A stretch of 62,635 nucleotides of DNA, the filler included. It is 7 parts of 7 records of this genome, joined end to end, with 100 filler letters (N's around TTAATTAATTAA, not from the genome) between each part and the next. Parts side by side here need not be neighbours in the genome. Positions count along the whole stretch, not along the records: positions 28,934 to 35,411 come from SRR31156797_25892; positions 35,512 to 54,992 come from SRR31156797_25915; 5 more parts are not named here. One strand, written 5' to 3'. Position numbers and translations under genes: made by a program. Of the stretch, positions 29,112-38,745 are shown in pieces (within the stretch, counting starts at the first letter, position 1; every line of letters starts with the position of its first letter). The notes beneath the pieces were generated by a model, which did no database searches, was not told the origin of the DNA, and saw only the letters and a list, made by a program, of their open reading frames with translations.

Positions 29112-31127
29112 TCAGAGAGTTGCCTCATCGACTATTTCGGCCAGGTCCTTGACCTCCATTTTGCTGTCCCTGCCGCTGTCCTTGATGCCGTCGCTGAGCA
29201 TGGTGATGCAGAAGGGACAGGCCGCGGTGACAATGTCGGCCCCTGTGTCCATGGCCTCCAGGGCGCGCTCGTTGTTGATGCGCTTTCCAATGGTCTCTTC
29301 CATGAACATGCGGCCGCCGCCGGCGCCGCAGCACATGCCGTTGTCCCCGTGCTTCTCCATCTCAACCACCTTGGTGGCGTAGTTCACCTTTTTGAGGACT
29401 TCCCTGGGGGACTCGTAGATGTTGTTCCACCGGCCAAGGTAGCAGGAATCATGGAAGGTGATCTTTCCGAAATCCTTGCCGCTTGTCTTGAGCCGTCCCT
29501 CTTTCAGGAGTTCGAGGATGAAATCCGTGTGGTGGACCACTTCGTAATTTGCACCGAACTGGGGATACTCATTCTTGATGGTGTTGAAACAGTGGGGGCA
29601 GCCCGTGAGGATCTTCTTGGGCTTGTACTGGTTGAGCACCTCCACGTTCTCCTGGATCATCATCTGGGCAAGGTACTCATTGCCGCACCGCCGTGCCATG
29701 TCGCCGTTGCACCGCTCCTCGTCACCGAGGATGGCAAAGTTGACCCCGGCCTTCTTGAGCACGCTCACAATGGCCCGGGAGGTCTTGATGCCCCGGTCGT
29801 CATAGGAACCGGCACAGCCCACGAAATAAAGGATGTCGGCATCCGGGTTGTCCCGCATCAGGGGAACGTCCAGGTCCTTGCACCAGTTGGCCCGGGTATC
29901 TGCGCTGAAGCCCCAGGGATTGGACTGGTTCTCCAGGTTGGTGAAGGTATCCTGGAGCTCGGCCGGGAAATCCGCTTCCATGAGCACCTGGAACTTTCTC
30001 GCTTCCAGGATGATGTCAAGGTGCTGGATGTTGACGGGACAGATATCCTCGCATCCCCGGCAGGAAGTACAGGACCACAGGGCGTCCTTGCTGATCCGTG
30101 CGCCGTCGTCCCCCACCAGCAGGGGAATGGTTTCAAGGTCACCATCCACGTCCATCAGGGTATCGGCACACTCGAACAGCTCCACCTTGGCCTCGTGGAC
30201 CACTTCCTTGGGAGAAAGGGGTTTGCCGGTGAAATTGGCGGGACACCTCTCCTCGCAACGTCCGCACTCGGTGCAGGAGTAGAGGTCGAGCACATTTTTC
30301 CAGTGGAACTCGGACACCTTGGAAAGGCCGAAGGTCTCGGCGTCCTCGTCCTCGATGTCGGTCTTGATCATGGGCTTTTCAACATCGAGGGGTTTGTAGA
30401 AGACATTGGGAATACCGGCCAGCAGATGAAGATGCTTGGAACCGGGGATGTAGATCATGAAACCCACGATGGTGCACATGTGGATCCAGTAGGAGAGCTC
30501 CATCCCGATGGTCTTTGCAGACAAAGAAAGATCGGCCAGCCCCAGCATGGAGGAAAGGATGGCGGAGAATGAAAAGCAGGCCCCGTAATCAAACCCGTCA
30601 CTGGGCATGACCATGTGAAAGGCGTTGTAAAAATGAAAGGTGATGATGATGACCGAGGTAAAGAGGATGATGAACTTTGCATCATTTCCATTGGTAAGAT
30701 AGTCCGGCTTCACCACCAGGCGCCGGTACAGGCCGTAGCCGAGTCCCAGGAGAACAAAAAAGGCGAGCACATCCGCCACCATGAGATAAACGGTGAAGAG
30801 CCCGGGAGCCATATGGGCGACACTGAAAGGAGGAATGATGCCCTGGATCATCAGCTCCAGGGAGTGGGGCTGGACCGCCAGGAATCCGAAAAAGATAAAG
30901 GTGTGGGCAAGACCGGGCCACTTTTTACGCCGCACATTGGACTGGCCCAGGATATCGGTAAGCATGAGCTTGAACCGCTCGCCGATGCGGTCCGGCAGAA
31001 AAGTTTTCTCACCGCGGACCGATTGCATGATATTGACGAGCCTGCGCACTCGAATGTAGAAATAACGAAATCCGGCGGACAAAAGACACGCCATCAACAA
31101 GGCTTTCACAATAGTATAGATTTCCAT
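29112..31127 (-). CDS. Membrane-bound Fe-S oxidoreductase (FadF/HdrD-like; probable ETF:menaquinone oxidoreductase)
   Basis: N-terminal TM region with SKHLH; CTECGRCEERCP and CTSCRGCEDICP; CCG-type domains (HDSCYLGR, CCGAGGG, ACPFC); follows etfBA. Confidence 0.88.
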   Translation of the reverse strand: MEIYTIVKALLMACLLSAGFRYFYIRVRRLVNIMQSVRGEKTFLPDRIGERFKLMLTDILGQSNVRRKKWPGLAHTFIFFGFLAVQPHSLELMIQGIIPPFSVAHMAPGLFTVYLMVADVLAFFVLLGLGYGLYRRLVVKPDYLTNGNDAKFIILFTSVIIITFHFYNAFHMVMPSDGFDYGACFSFSAILSSMLGLADLSLSAKTIGMELSYWIHMCTIVGFMIYIPGSKHLHLLAGIPNVFYKPLDVEKPMIKTDIEDEDAETFGLSKVSEFHWKNVLDLYSCTECGRCEERCPANFTGKPLSPKEVVHEAKVELFECADTLMDVDGDLETIPLLVGDDGARISKDALWSCTSCRGCEDICPVNIQHLDIILEARKFQVLMEADFPAELQDTFTNLENQSNPWGFSADTRANWCKDLDVPLMRDNPDADILYFVGCAGSYDDRGIKTSRAIVSVLKKAGVNFAILGDEERCNGDMARRCGNEYLAQMMIQENVEVLNQYKPKKILTGCPHCFNTIKNEYPQFGANYEVVHHTDFILELLKEGRLKTSGKDFGKITFHDSCYLGRWNNIYESPREVLKKVNYATKVVEMEKHGDNGMCCGAGGGRMFMEETIGKRINNERALEAMDTGADIVTAACPFCITMLSDGIKDSGRDSKMEVKDLAEIVDEATL

Positions 31128-31290
31128 CGCGCTTCCTAAAATTGGGTGAAAATTGACTGCACTTACAGCTGTTCGCACCCGAATTGATTCCTGCTTTCCC
31201 TGTCGGGATAAGAAACAGACTCAATTCATGTGCGACAAGCCATAGGGGAAGCGGCGGAAAGGCCGCTCCCCAGTGATTCTAAGCCGGATC

Positions 31291-32238
31291 CTATTTTTTC
31301 AGGGCGGCGGTCAGGGCGGGGACCACTTCAAAGATGTCCCCTACGATACCGTAATCACACTTGGTGAAAATGGGCGCGTCCTTATCCGTGTTGATGGCCA
31401 CGATCACCTTGGAGGTTTTCATGCCGGCAAAGTGCTGGACGGATCCGGAAAGCCCGCAGCCGATGTAGAGCTTGGGACTCACGATCTTGCCGGTCTGGCC
31501 CACCTGCATGGAATGGGTGGCGAATCCTGAATCCACAGCCACCCTGGATGCGCCCACAGCGCCGCCCATGGCGTCTGCGCACTCCTCCAGGATGGAAAAA
31601 TTTTCCTTGGAGCCGATGGGACGGCCGCCGGTGACGATGACGTTGGCCTCGGAAAGGTCAACCTTGCCGGTATCGCTGGTCTTCACCTCTTTGACCACAA
31701 GCTTGCCGTCATCGGTGACATCGGCGGTAAAGGCCTCAGCCGCGATGTCGCAGGGGGCCTCGGCCTCCTCGATGGCGTTGGGACGGATGGCGCAGAGAAA
31801 AAAATCGCCGGAAAGTTTCAGGGTGGCTTCGGTCTTGCCTGCAAAATAGGGTTTCACACAGGTGCCGGCGTCAAGGTCCACGCCGATGCAATCAAGGGCA
31901 AGCCCGGAATGGGTCGCCGCGGCCATGCGCGCCAGGAGATCCTTGCCCCGGCTGCTGCTCAGGGTCAGAAGCGCGGTGATCTCCGCGTTTTTCATTGCAG
32001 CCACAAGGGCTGCGGCCTGGAGATCGGGCTTCCTATCAAAATCACTATCGCTTGCGGTGACGGCGATCACCTTGGATACGCCGTAGGTTTTCAGGTCGTC
32101 CTGATAGGCGGCCCCGTCGGCCTCGAGGACGAAGGCATAGATCTCGTTTCCCTCGGCCCTGGCTGCTGTAAGGACACCGAAATTGGCGGGTTTTACACTA
32201 TTACCGTTTGTTTCAATCAATACACCGATTCTTGCCAT
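31291..32238 (-). CDS. etfA: Electron transfer flavoprotein alpha subunit
   Basis: [49 protein letters not shown]. Confidence 0.96.
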   Translation of the reverse strand: MARIGVLIETNGNSVKPANFGVLTAARAEGNEIYAFVLEADGAAYQDDLKTYGVSKVIAVTASDSDFDRKPDLQAAALVAAMKNAEITALLTLSSSRGKDLLARMAAATHSGLALDCIGVDLDAGTCVKPYFAGKTEATLKLSGDFFLCAIRPNAIEEAEAPCDIAAEAFTADVTDDGKLVVKEVKTSDTGKVDLSEANVIVTGGRPIGSKENFSILEECADAMGGAVGASRVAVDSGFATHSMQVGQTGKIVSPKLYIGCGLSGSVQHFAGMKTSKVIVAINTDKDAPIFTKCDYGIVGDIFEVVPALTAALKK

Positions 32239-32303
32239 TGTTTTCTCCCTCAATATGTCTTAATGACCTGGAATGTTTTAATTGCAAAAAATAAGGGGGC
32301 AGC

Positions 32304-33071
32304 CTAATCCAAGACCTTGGCCTCTTCCCTGAGAAGTTTGACCAGGGTATCAACCGCATCGGTCACCGAACCGTCGATCATCTTCGCGTTGGAGCGCTCG
32401 GGTACCGGCTCGAGCCCAACAAGCTCCACAAGTCCGCCCCCACCCGCTCCGAGGCTGCCGGCATCGATCTCATTGACCGGTTTTTTCTTGGCTTTCATGA
32501 TATCGGGAAGCTTGGGATACCGGGGCTCGTTCAGGCCCTTGGTGGCGCCGACGACACAGGGGGCGGTCATCTCGATCACCTCACGCTCGCCGCCGCCGAT
32601 CTCACGCTCGACAACCGCCTTTCCATCGGCATAGGAGAAATCCACAACCTCGGTGGCCACAGGCAGCCCCAGGTTTGCGGCAAGACGGTAGCAGGTCTGC
32701 ATCCCTTCGGAATCGGCAGCCTGTTTTCCGGCAAAGATCATGTCTGCGCCGCCATCCTCTTCAATGGCTTTTTTCAGGATCAGAGCGGTCTCGTCGCTCT
32801 CCACAAACTGCTTGTCCGTCTTAATGAGAATTCCCCTGTCACCGCCAATGGCAAGCGCCGCCCGCACGGTGGTCATGGCGCTTTCCTTGCCCAGGGTGAC
32901 GATTACAACTTCGCCGCCCTCTTTTTTCACCAGCTGGCTTGCCTCTTCAATGGCATACTCGTCATAGGGGTTGACAATGAACTTGACAGACTCATCAAAA
33001 CCGTTGCTGCCAACAACCTTGATATTTGCTGCCGTATCAGGAACATGCTTTACACAAACATAAACTCTCAT
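32304..33071 (-). CDS. etfB: Electron transfer flavoprotein beta subunit
   Basis: VCVKHVPD, NPYDEYAIEEA, GKQAAD, NEPRYP. Confidence 0.96.
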   Translation of the reverse strand: MRVYVCVKHVPDTAANIKVVGSNGFDESVKFIVNPYDEYAIEEASQLVKKEGGEVVIVTLGKESAMTTVRAALAIGGDRGILIKTDKQFVESDETALILKKAIEEDGGADMIFAGKQAADSEGMQTCYRLAANLGLPVATEVVDFSYADGKAVVEREIGGGEREVIEMTAPCVVGATKGLNEPRYPKLPDIMKAKKKPVNEIDAGSLGAGGGGLVELVGLEPVPERSNAKMIDGSVTDAVDTLVKLLREEAKVLD

Positions 33072-33107
33072 TTTTCAATCCTTACCTTGCATGGTTTTTG
33101 ATTAATA

Positions 33108-33123
33108 GTGTACATGTCTATAC
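33108..33123. promoter_or_regulatory. Candidate GntR operator upstream of etfB
   Basis: GTGTAC-ATGT-CTATAC resembles the palindrome at 33995-34010. Confidence 0.5.
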
Positions 33124-33168
33124 AACATAGAGCATAAAAAATACGGGGTTGTCAACCCAAAAAATAGA

Positions 33169-33921
33169 TTATTTTTCAGGTTGGTACTCTCCAAGTTCCA
33201 GCTCCATTACATATTTATCCCCCCTGGAGTACGAAAACAGCAGCTCCACCGGGATATCATTCCTGTCATAGGTGATGTTCTCCATGAGCAGCCCCGCCGA
33301 ATTTTCCGGCAGATTGAACATGGTGGCGATCTTTTTGGAAAGATTGATGGCCCGGATCACCTGGTGGGACCGGACAAGATCGATGCCGAATTTTTCCGTG
33401 ATGGCCTTATAAAGGGAACCGGAGGCTTCCACCACGGTGAGATCCTTGAAAAGGTTGTAGGGAAGAAAACTCTCCTCATAAATAAAGGGGGCGCCGTCCC
33501 CGGTCCGCAACCGCTTCAGGAGGATCACCCGTCGCTCCGCCCCGAGCAGCAGGCGTTCGGCAATCTTTTTTTCCGCCACCATGGGCTCCATCTCAAGGAC
33601 GATGGTCTTCTCCTCCAGGTTGGCGTTACCGAAATAGTCCTTGAAACTGGCGATCTTGCTGATGTCGTGGTGAAGTTCCACATAGGGCGCTTCCCGGACA
33701 AAGGAGCCGACGCCCTTGACCTTCTTGAGCCGTCCTTCGGACACAAGCTCGGCAATGGCCTGCCTCAGGGTGTTTCTGTTCACATCACACATTTTTGACA
33801 GTTCCACCTCGGACGGAAGCTTTTCCCCTCCCTTGAATCGTCCTGAATCGATGAGCTCCTTGAGCCACTGGCTGATCTGCAGGTATTTTGGAACCGGATT
33901 TTCGAGATTGACTACTACCAT
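33169..33921 (-). CDS. GntR-family (HutC/UTRA) regulator
   Basis: PKYLQI...KLPSEVEL...VNRNTLRQAI..L...G.GSFV; UTRA-like C-terminus (SRGDKY). Confidence 0.93.
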   Translation of the reverse strand: MVVVNLENPVPKYLQISQWLKELIDSGRFKGGEKLPSEVELSKMCDVNRNTLRQAIAELVSEGRLKKVKGVGSFVREAPYVELHHDISKIASFKDYFGNANLEEKTIVLEMEPMVAEKKIAERLLLGAERRVILLKRLRTGDGAPFIYEESFLPYNLFKDLTVVEASGSLYKAITEKFGIDLVRSHQVIRAINLSKKIATMFNLPENSAGLLMENITYDRNDIPVELLFSYSRGDKYVMELELGEYQPEK

Positions 33922-33994
33922 AGTGAGATATCCTTTTTTAACTGCGCGTCTGCCATTTTTTTTATTGACAAAACTGCGTTATCAATTTATCCCT

Positions 33995-34010
33995 GTATAG
34001 AACTCTATAC
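33995..34010. promoter_or_regulatory. Candidate GntR operator upstream of gntR
   Basis: Palindrome GTATAG-AACT-CTATAC in the divergent promoter region. Confidence 0.5.
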
Positions 34011-34071
34011 GTAATTAATCAAGGTGTTTTTTTAATCAGCAGAATAAACCAACAGGTTTGACGGACGGATT

Positions 34072-35411
34072 ATGGGAAACGTACTGATAATTGACAGCAA
34101 TCTCAGCGCCTGCACCAAGATTAGCGACATCATCACCAACATGCAGCACACTGCCGTTGATGTTCAGACACTGGACAAGGGGATTCCCAAAGCCATGACC
34201 GGCGAATTCGAACTTGTCTTCCTTGCAGCAATCCTTTCCGACGGAAACGGACTCGCAAGTATGAATCAGATCCTTTCCGTCCCCTCCCCTCCCGAGATCA
34301 TCATCATGGGCGACCCGGACTCGGATACCGCCGAACGCGCCATTAAAAAAGGTGCCTGGGAGTACCTCCGGAAACCCATTTCCACCAAGTCGGTGATCCA
34401 GGCGGTGAACCGGGTCTTCAGCTACCGGCAGGGCATCCAGGCAAGCCCCGTCCCCAGGGTCAGTCCCAAGCGGGAGGGCATCATCGGCTCCAGCCGCCAA
34501 ATAAAACAATGCCTTGCCACGGTGGCAAAGGCGGCCAACAGCAAGGCCAACGTACTCATCACCGGAGACACCGGCACCGGCAAGGAGCTTTTTGCCCGGG
34601 CCATCCACGCCAACTCCCGCCGGGCCGGCAAACCATTTGTGGTGGTGGACTGCGCGGCGATTCCGGCCACCCTGGTGGAGAGCGTGCTGTTCGGCCATGA
34701 AAAAGGGTCCTTCACCGGCGCCGACAAGACGGTCCGGGGACTCATCAGTCAGGCCCACGGCGGCACCCTCTTCCTGGACGAGGTGGGAGAGATGGACCTG
34801 AACCTCCAGAAAACGTTCCTCAGGGTGCTGCAGGAACACAGGTTCCGGCCCGTGGGCTGCCGGAAAGAGGCCTACTCGGACTTCAGGGTCATTGCCGCCA
34901 CCAACCGCGACCCGGACCGAATGGTGGAACAGAAGCTGTTCAGAAAAGACCTGCTGTACAGACTCAACGCCATCTCCCTTAACCTGCCGACCCTCAAGGC
35001 CAGGACCGGGGACCTGGAGGAGCTGGCGGCCGGTCTCATGGAGACGGCCTGCCGCCGCCTGGGCACCGAGCCCAAGGAAATTTCCCAGGACTTCATCCAG
35101 GCCCTGACCCTCTACGACTGGCCCGGCAATATCCGGGAGCTGATCAACACCCTGGAGGGAGCCATCAGCGAGGCCTTTTACGAGCCTGCCCTTTTTACCA
35201 AGCACCTGCCAGAGCATTTCAGGATTCTCATGGCCCGTTCCGCAATGACGGGGACCGGCCCGGGAGATGCCGTCCACGGGATTGATGAAATCCGTGAAAC
35301 CCATGAGCCCAATGGGACCGCCCGGCCGGAAGAACCGGAAGCGCCGGAAGCTCCGGAAGCACTCCCCCCCTTCAGGGCATTCAGGGATTCGGCCCTGGCC
35401 AGGGCGGAAAA
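34072..35411 (+). CDS. Sigma54-dependent activator, NtrC-like, with atypical receiver (3' truncated)
   Basis: [37 protein letters not shown]. Confidence 0.92.
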
Positions 35412-35511
35412 NNNNNNNNNNNNNNNNNNNNNNNNNNNNNNNNNNNNNNNNNNNNTTAATTAATTAANNNNNNNNNNNNNNNNNNNNNNNNNNNNNNNNN
35501 NNNNNNNNNNN
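35412..35511. other. Artificial contig spacer
   Basis: N-run + TTAATTAATTAA + N-run. Confidence 0.99.
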
Positions 35512-35554
35512 TAGTCCCTGAAACTAGCGCGTCTACCAATTTCGCCATCTGGGC
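35512..35554 (-). tRNA. tRNA-Leu(CAG), 5' part
   Basis: Minus strand GCCCAGATGGCGAAATTGGTAGACGCGCTAGTTTCAGGGACTA; Bacteroidota -7 box TACATTTG just upstream. Confidence 0.92.
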
Positions 35555-35882
35555 GCGAAAATGAGGGCGCAAATGTAATATTTTTAATTATTAATTGTCA
35601 TAGCTTAAGAAAAAAATTTGATCATTTTTGACTCTATGATTTACCAATAAAAATGAATTTAACTGATTATTAACCTGCCATTAAAAATTTTATCCATATT
35701 TTTGCCGCACTAATCAATAATTGCGCACCATGCTTATTATTGTGAATCCATTCGTAACCATTTGCTAAAGGTCATTCAGGACGTGTACCTGGTTTGACTT
35801 TCAAGCATTTTATTTGGGGAATCCTCCCCAACCTTTTATCTACATTTTATTTTTTTAATCATTTAAACAAGAGGACCGTACT

Positions 35883-36002
35883 ATGAAAACCTTTATCACA
35901 CTTTTCCCGGATGCTGTGCTTGTGGTAGCACTCAATTCAAACCAAAAATCCAACCACAATAAATTATTGAATTATAAATATTTAAATCGAAAACGAAGAT
36001 GA
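35883..36002 (+). CDS. 39-aa upstream ORF overlapping the MATE start (ATGA)
   Basis: AAGAGGA then MKTFITLFPDAVLVVALNSNQKSNHNKLLNYKYLNRKRR*. Confidence 0.4.
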   Translation: MKTFITLFPDAVLVVALNSNQKSNHNKLLNYKYLNRKRR

Positions 36003-37432
36003 ATTCCCATAAAATAAAATCCGGAAAGGGTTCCGTTTTTAAGCATATCAGGCCTTTGCTTAAAGATGTCAGGGAGGCCATTGTTGGATCTGATCAGGAC
36101 TTTACCTCAGGAAGTCTGGGACGCGCCATATTATTGCTTTCGGTACCTATGGTGCTGGAAATGGTTATGGAATCGGTTTTTGCAGTTGTTGATATATGGT
36201 TTGTATCCAGGCTGGGTGCCGAAGCTGTTGCAACAGTGGGTATTACCGAATCACTCATAACCATTGTTTATTCGATTGCCATTGGTCTGAGTATGGCCAC
36301 TTCGGCACTGGTTTCGCGGCGAACAGGTGAGAAGGATAAAAAAGGTGCGATTAATTCAGCATTTCAGGGTATTATGGTCGCATTGTTTTCTTCCCTGATA
36401 ATCGCTGTTCCGGGTGCCATTTTTGCAAAGGATTTGCTTGGTATGATGGGGATCAGTGCTGAAATATCTGAATCTTTTGCTGTTTATACAGCCATCATGC
36501 TTGGCGGAAATACCGTTATCATGTTACTTTTCGTGATAAATGCTGTTTTCAGAAGCGCAGGCGATGCGGCCATTTCCATGCGTGTGCTGTGGATGGCAAA
36601 TATCATAAACCTGATCCTGGATCCGATCCTGATCTTTGGGTTTGGTCCCATCCCAGCCATGGGAATAGCCGGTGCTGCTGTTGCCACAACAATAGGCAGA
36701 GGCATTGCCGTTATATATCAGCTTTACATTTTGTTTTACGGCAAAGGGCGTATTAAATTCAATGCTAAAGACCTCCGGATTGACTTTCCTTTGATGGGCA
36801 GATTAATCAGGATCAGTCTTGGCGGAATAGGCCAGACCATCATTGCCACATCCAGTTGGATTGGTATGGTACGCATTATTGCTGAATTTGGAAGTGATGT
36901 TGTGGCAGGCTATACCATCGCCATTCGTATTGTGATTTTTTCACTTCTGCCTTCATGGGGTATCAGCAATGCTGCTGCAACTTTGGTGGGACAAAACCTG
37001 GGTGCCAAACAGCCTGATCGAGCCGAACGTTCTGTTTGGGCAACCGGCAAAGTAAACATCACACTGCTGGGTTTGATCGGGTTGATTTTTATACTGATGC
37101 CTGACTTCTTCATCCAATTGTTTATCAACGATCCAAATGTGTTAAAAGTGGGGGCTACAGCTTTGCGGATTATCAGCTTTGGTTTTTTTGCCTATGGATT
37201 TGGAATGGTCCTGATCCATGCTTTTAATGGTGCCGGAGATACCCGGACACCAACCAGGATAAATCTGATTTGCTTTTGGCTGGTTGAAATACCGTTGGCC
37301 TCTGTACTGGCTTTTTACACCGGATTAAACGAAAATGGTGTGTTTTATGCCATTGTATTTTCGGAGACCTTGCTGGTTATTCTTGCATTTTTCCTGTTCA
37401 GGCAGGGAAAATGGAAACTGAATAAAGTGTAG
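35999..37432 (+). CDS. MATE-family efflux transporter
   Basis: About 12 hydrophobic spans; FRSAGDA, NLILDPILIFG.GPIPAMGIAGAA, GQNLGAK, FNGAGDT. Confidence 0.95.
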   Translation: MNSHKIKSGKGSVFKHIRPLLKDVREAIVGSDQDFTSGSLGRAILLLSVPMVLEMVMESVFAVVDIWFVSRLGAEAVATVGITESLITIVYSIAIGLSMATSALVSRRTGEKDKKGAINSAFQGIMVALFSSLIIAVPGAIFAKDLLGMMGISAEISESFAVYTAIMLGGNTVIMLLFVINAVFRSAGDAAISMRVLWMANIINLILDPILIFGFGPIPAMGIAGAAVATTIGRGIAVIYQLYILFYGKGRIKFNAKDLRIDFPLMGRLIRISLGGIGQTIIATSSWIGMVRIIAEFGSDVVAGYTIAIRIVIFSLLPSWGISNAAATLVGQNLGAKQPDRAERSVWATGKVNITLLGLIGLIFILMPDFFIQLFINDPNVLKVGATALRIISFGFFAYGFGMVLIHAFNGAGDTRTPTRINLICFWLVEIPLASVLAFYTGLNENGVFYAIVFSETLLVILAFFLFRQGKWKLNKV

Positions 37433-37538
37433 TTTTTATTGGCCGGAAGCAACTCAATAAAAATAGTTGAGGACCCTTCCGGTCAATGTTTTTGTTGTAT
37501 GGATTTTCATTTATTTTGTAGCATAAAATTATCATGAT

Positions 37539-38450
37539 ATGCGTGACTCAATTCGATTACTTACTGAAAAATTAATAGCCTGGTACCAGGATACGGTGCT
37601 GTTTCTTCCAAATTTTATTGTAGCATTAATTGTATTAATTCTGGTAATCATAATCTCCAGGTTGCTGAAAAAGCTTTCCCAGAAAATCATTTCACAATTC
37701 ACCAATAATGTTCCGATCACCAACTTTTTTACGAGTTTGATACATTATGCATTCCTGATTTTTGGTTTGTTGCTGGTGCTGGGTGTTTTGCAATTGGATA
37801 AAGCAGTTACTTCGATTTTGGCTGGTGCCGGTCTTGTAGGTTTGGCGATAGGTTTGGCTTTTCAGAACCCGATTAAAAACACCGTTTCAGGTTTTTTAAT
37901 GTCGTACCGTGAATTTTACCGGATTGGCGACTGGGTTGAAACAAACGGTTATTATGGTCATGTAGAAAAAATTGGGATCAGGGTATCGCATATCAGGCTT
38001 ACGTCCGGTGAGTTGGTGGTTTTACCCAATGATGCCATCGTGAACAATGCCTTTAAAAATGTTTCGATCGCCGGAAAGCGGGCTGTTATCCTAAAGGTTG
38101 GAATATCCTATGGTGATGACCTGGAAAAAGTGGAACGTGTTGTTCGCAATGCGATCATCCAAAAAGTAGAGCATATCAAAACCGAAATTCCCGAGGTATA
38201 TTTTGAGGAATTTGGTAATAGCTCCATTAATTTTATGCTCAGGTTTTGGATTGATAAGGTGGATGAAAAGCGTTATCTTTTTATCAGGGGAGAAGCCGTA
38301 AAAGCCATCAAGAAAGCGTTTAACGAAAACGACATTACAATACCATTCCCGATTCGTACTTTGGACTTTGGAATCAAAGGCGGCCAGAAACTGTCGGAGG
38401 TTTTGGATGAACGAGAGCGGGGAGAGGAAGGAGCGAAATGGGGGACTTAA
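37539..38450 (+). CDS. Small-conductance mechanosensitive channel (MscS family)
   Basis: GLAIGLAFQN...SG, IGDWV, VGISYGDDLEKV, FGNSSINF, ITIPFPIRT. Confidence 0.92.
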   Translation: MRDSIRLLTEKLIAWYQDTVLFLPNFIVALIVLILVIIISRLLKKLSQKIISQFTNNVPITNFFTSLIHYAFLIFGLLLVLGVLQLDKAVTSILAGAGLVGLAIGLAFQNPIKNTVSGFLMSYREFYRIGDWVETNGYYGHVEKIGIRVSHIRLTSGELVVLPNDAIVNNAFKNVSIAGKRAVILKVGISYGDDLEKVERVVRNAIIQKVEHIKTEIPEVYFEEFGNSSINFMLRFWIDKVDEKRYLFIRGEAVKAIKKAFNENDITIPFPIRTLDFGIKGGQKLSEVLDERERGEEGAKWGT

Positions 38451-38634
38451 GCGACTTAAGAGAAGGGGGCGAAAAAGCGACTTATGCGAAGCAGGCGACC
38501 AGGGTGACTTGAGCGAAGGAGGCGCGATGCGTAGCGCAAAGAGCGGAGAGCAGAGCGCACAAGACATTGACCAAAAAATCATCAATGACAACAATGGGCC
38601 ACGAATGACAACAGATTTAAATATGATGCCATCA

Positions 38635-38697
38635 CGTAAAGACGCACGGCCATGCGACTCAACTCATTCGTAAAAACGCACGGCCGTGTGTCTCAAC
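38635..38697. repeat. Pair of degenerate REP-like palindromes
   Basis: CGTAAAGACGCACGGCCATGCGACTCAAC and CGTAAAAACGCACGGCCGTGTGTCTCAAC. Confidence 0.65.
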
Positions 38698-38745
38698 CAA
38701 TAACGCAAACATCGCAAACCATAACTCAATAACTACAACCACCAC

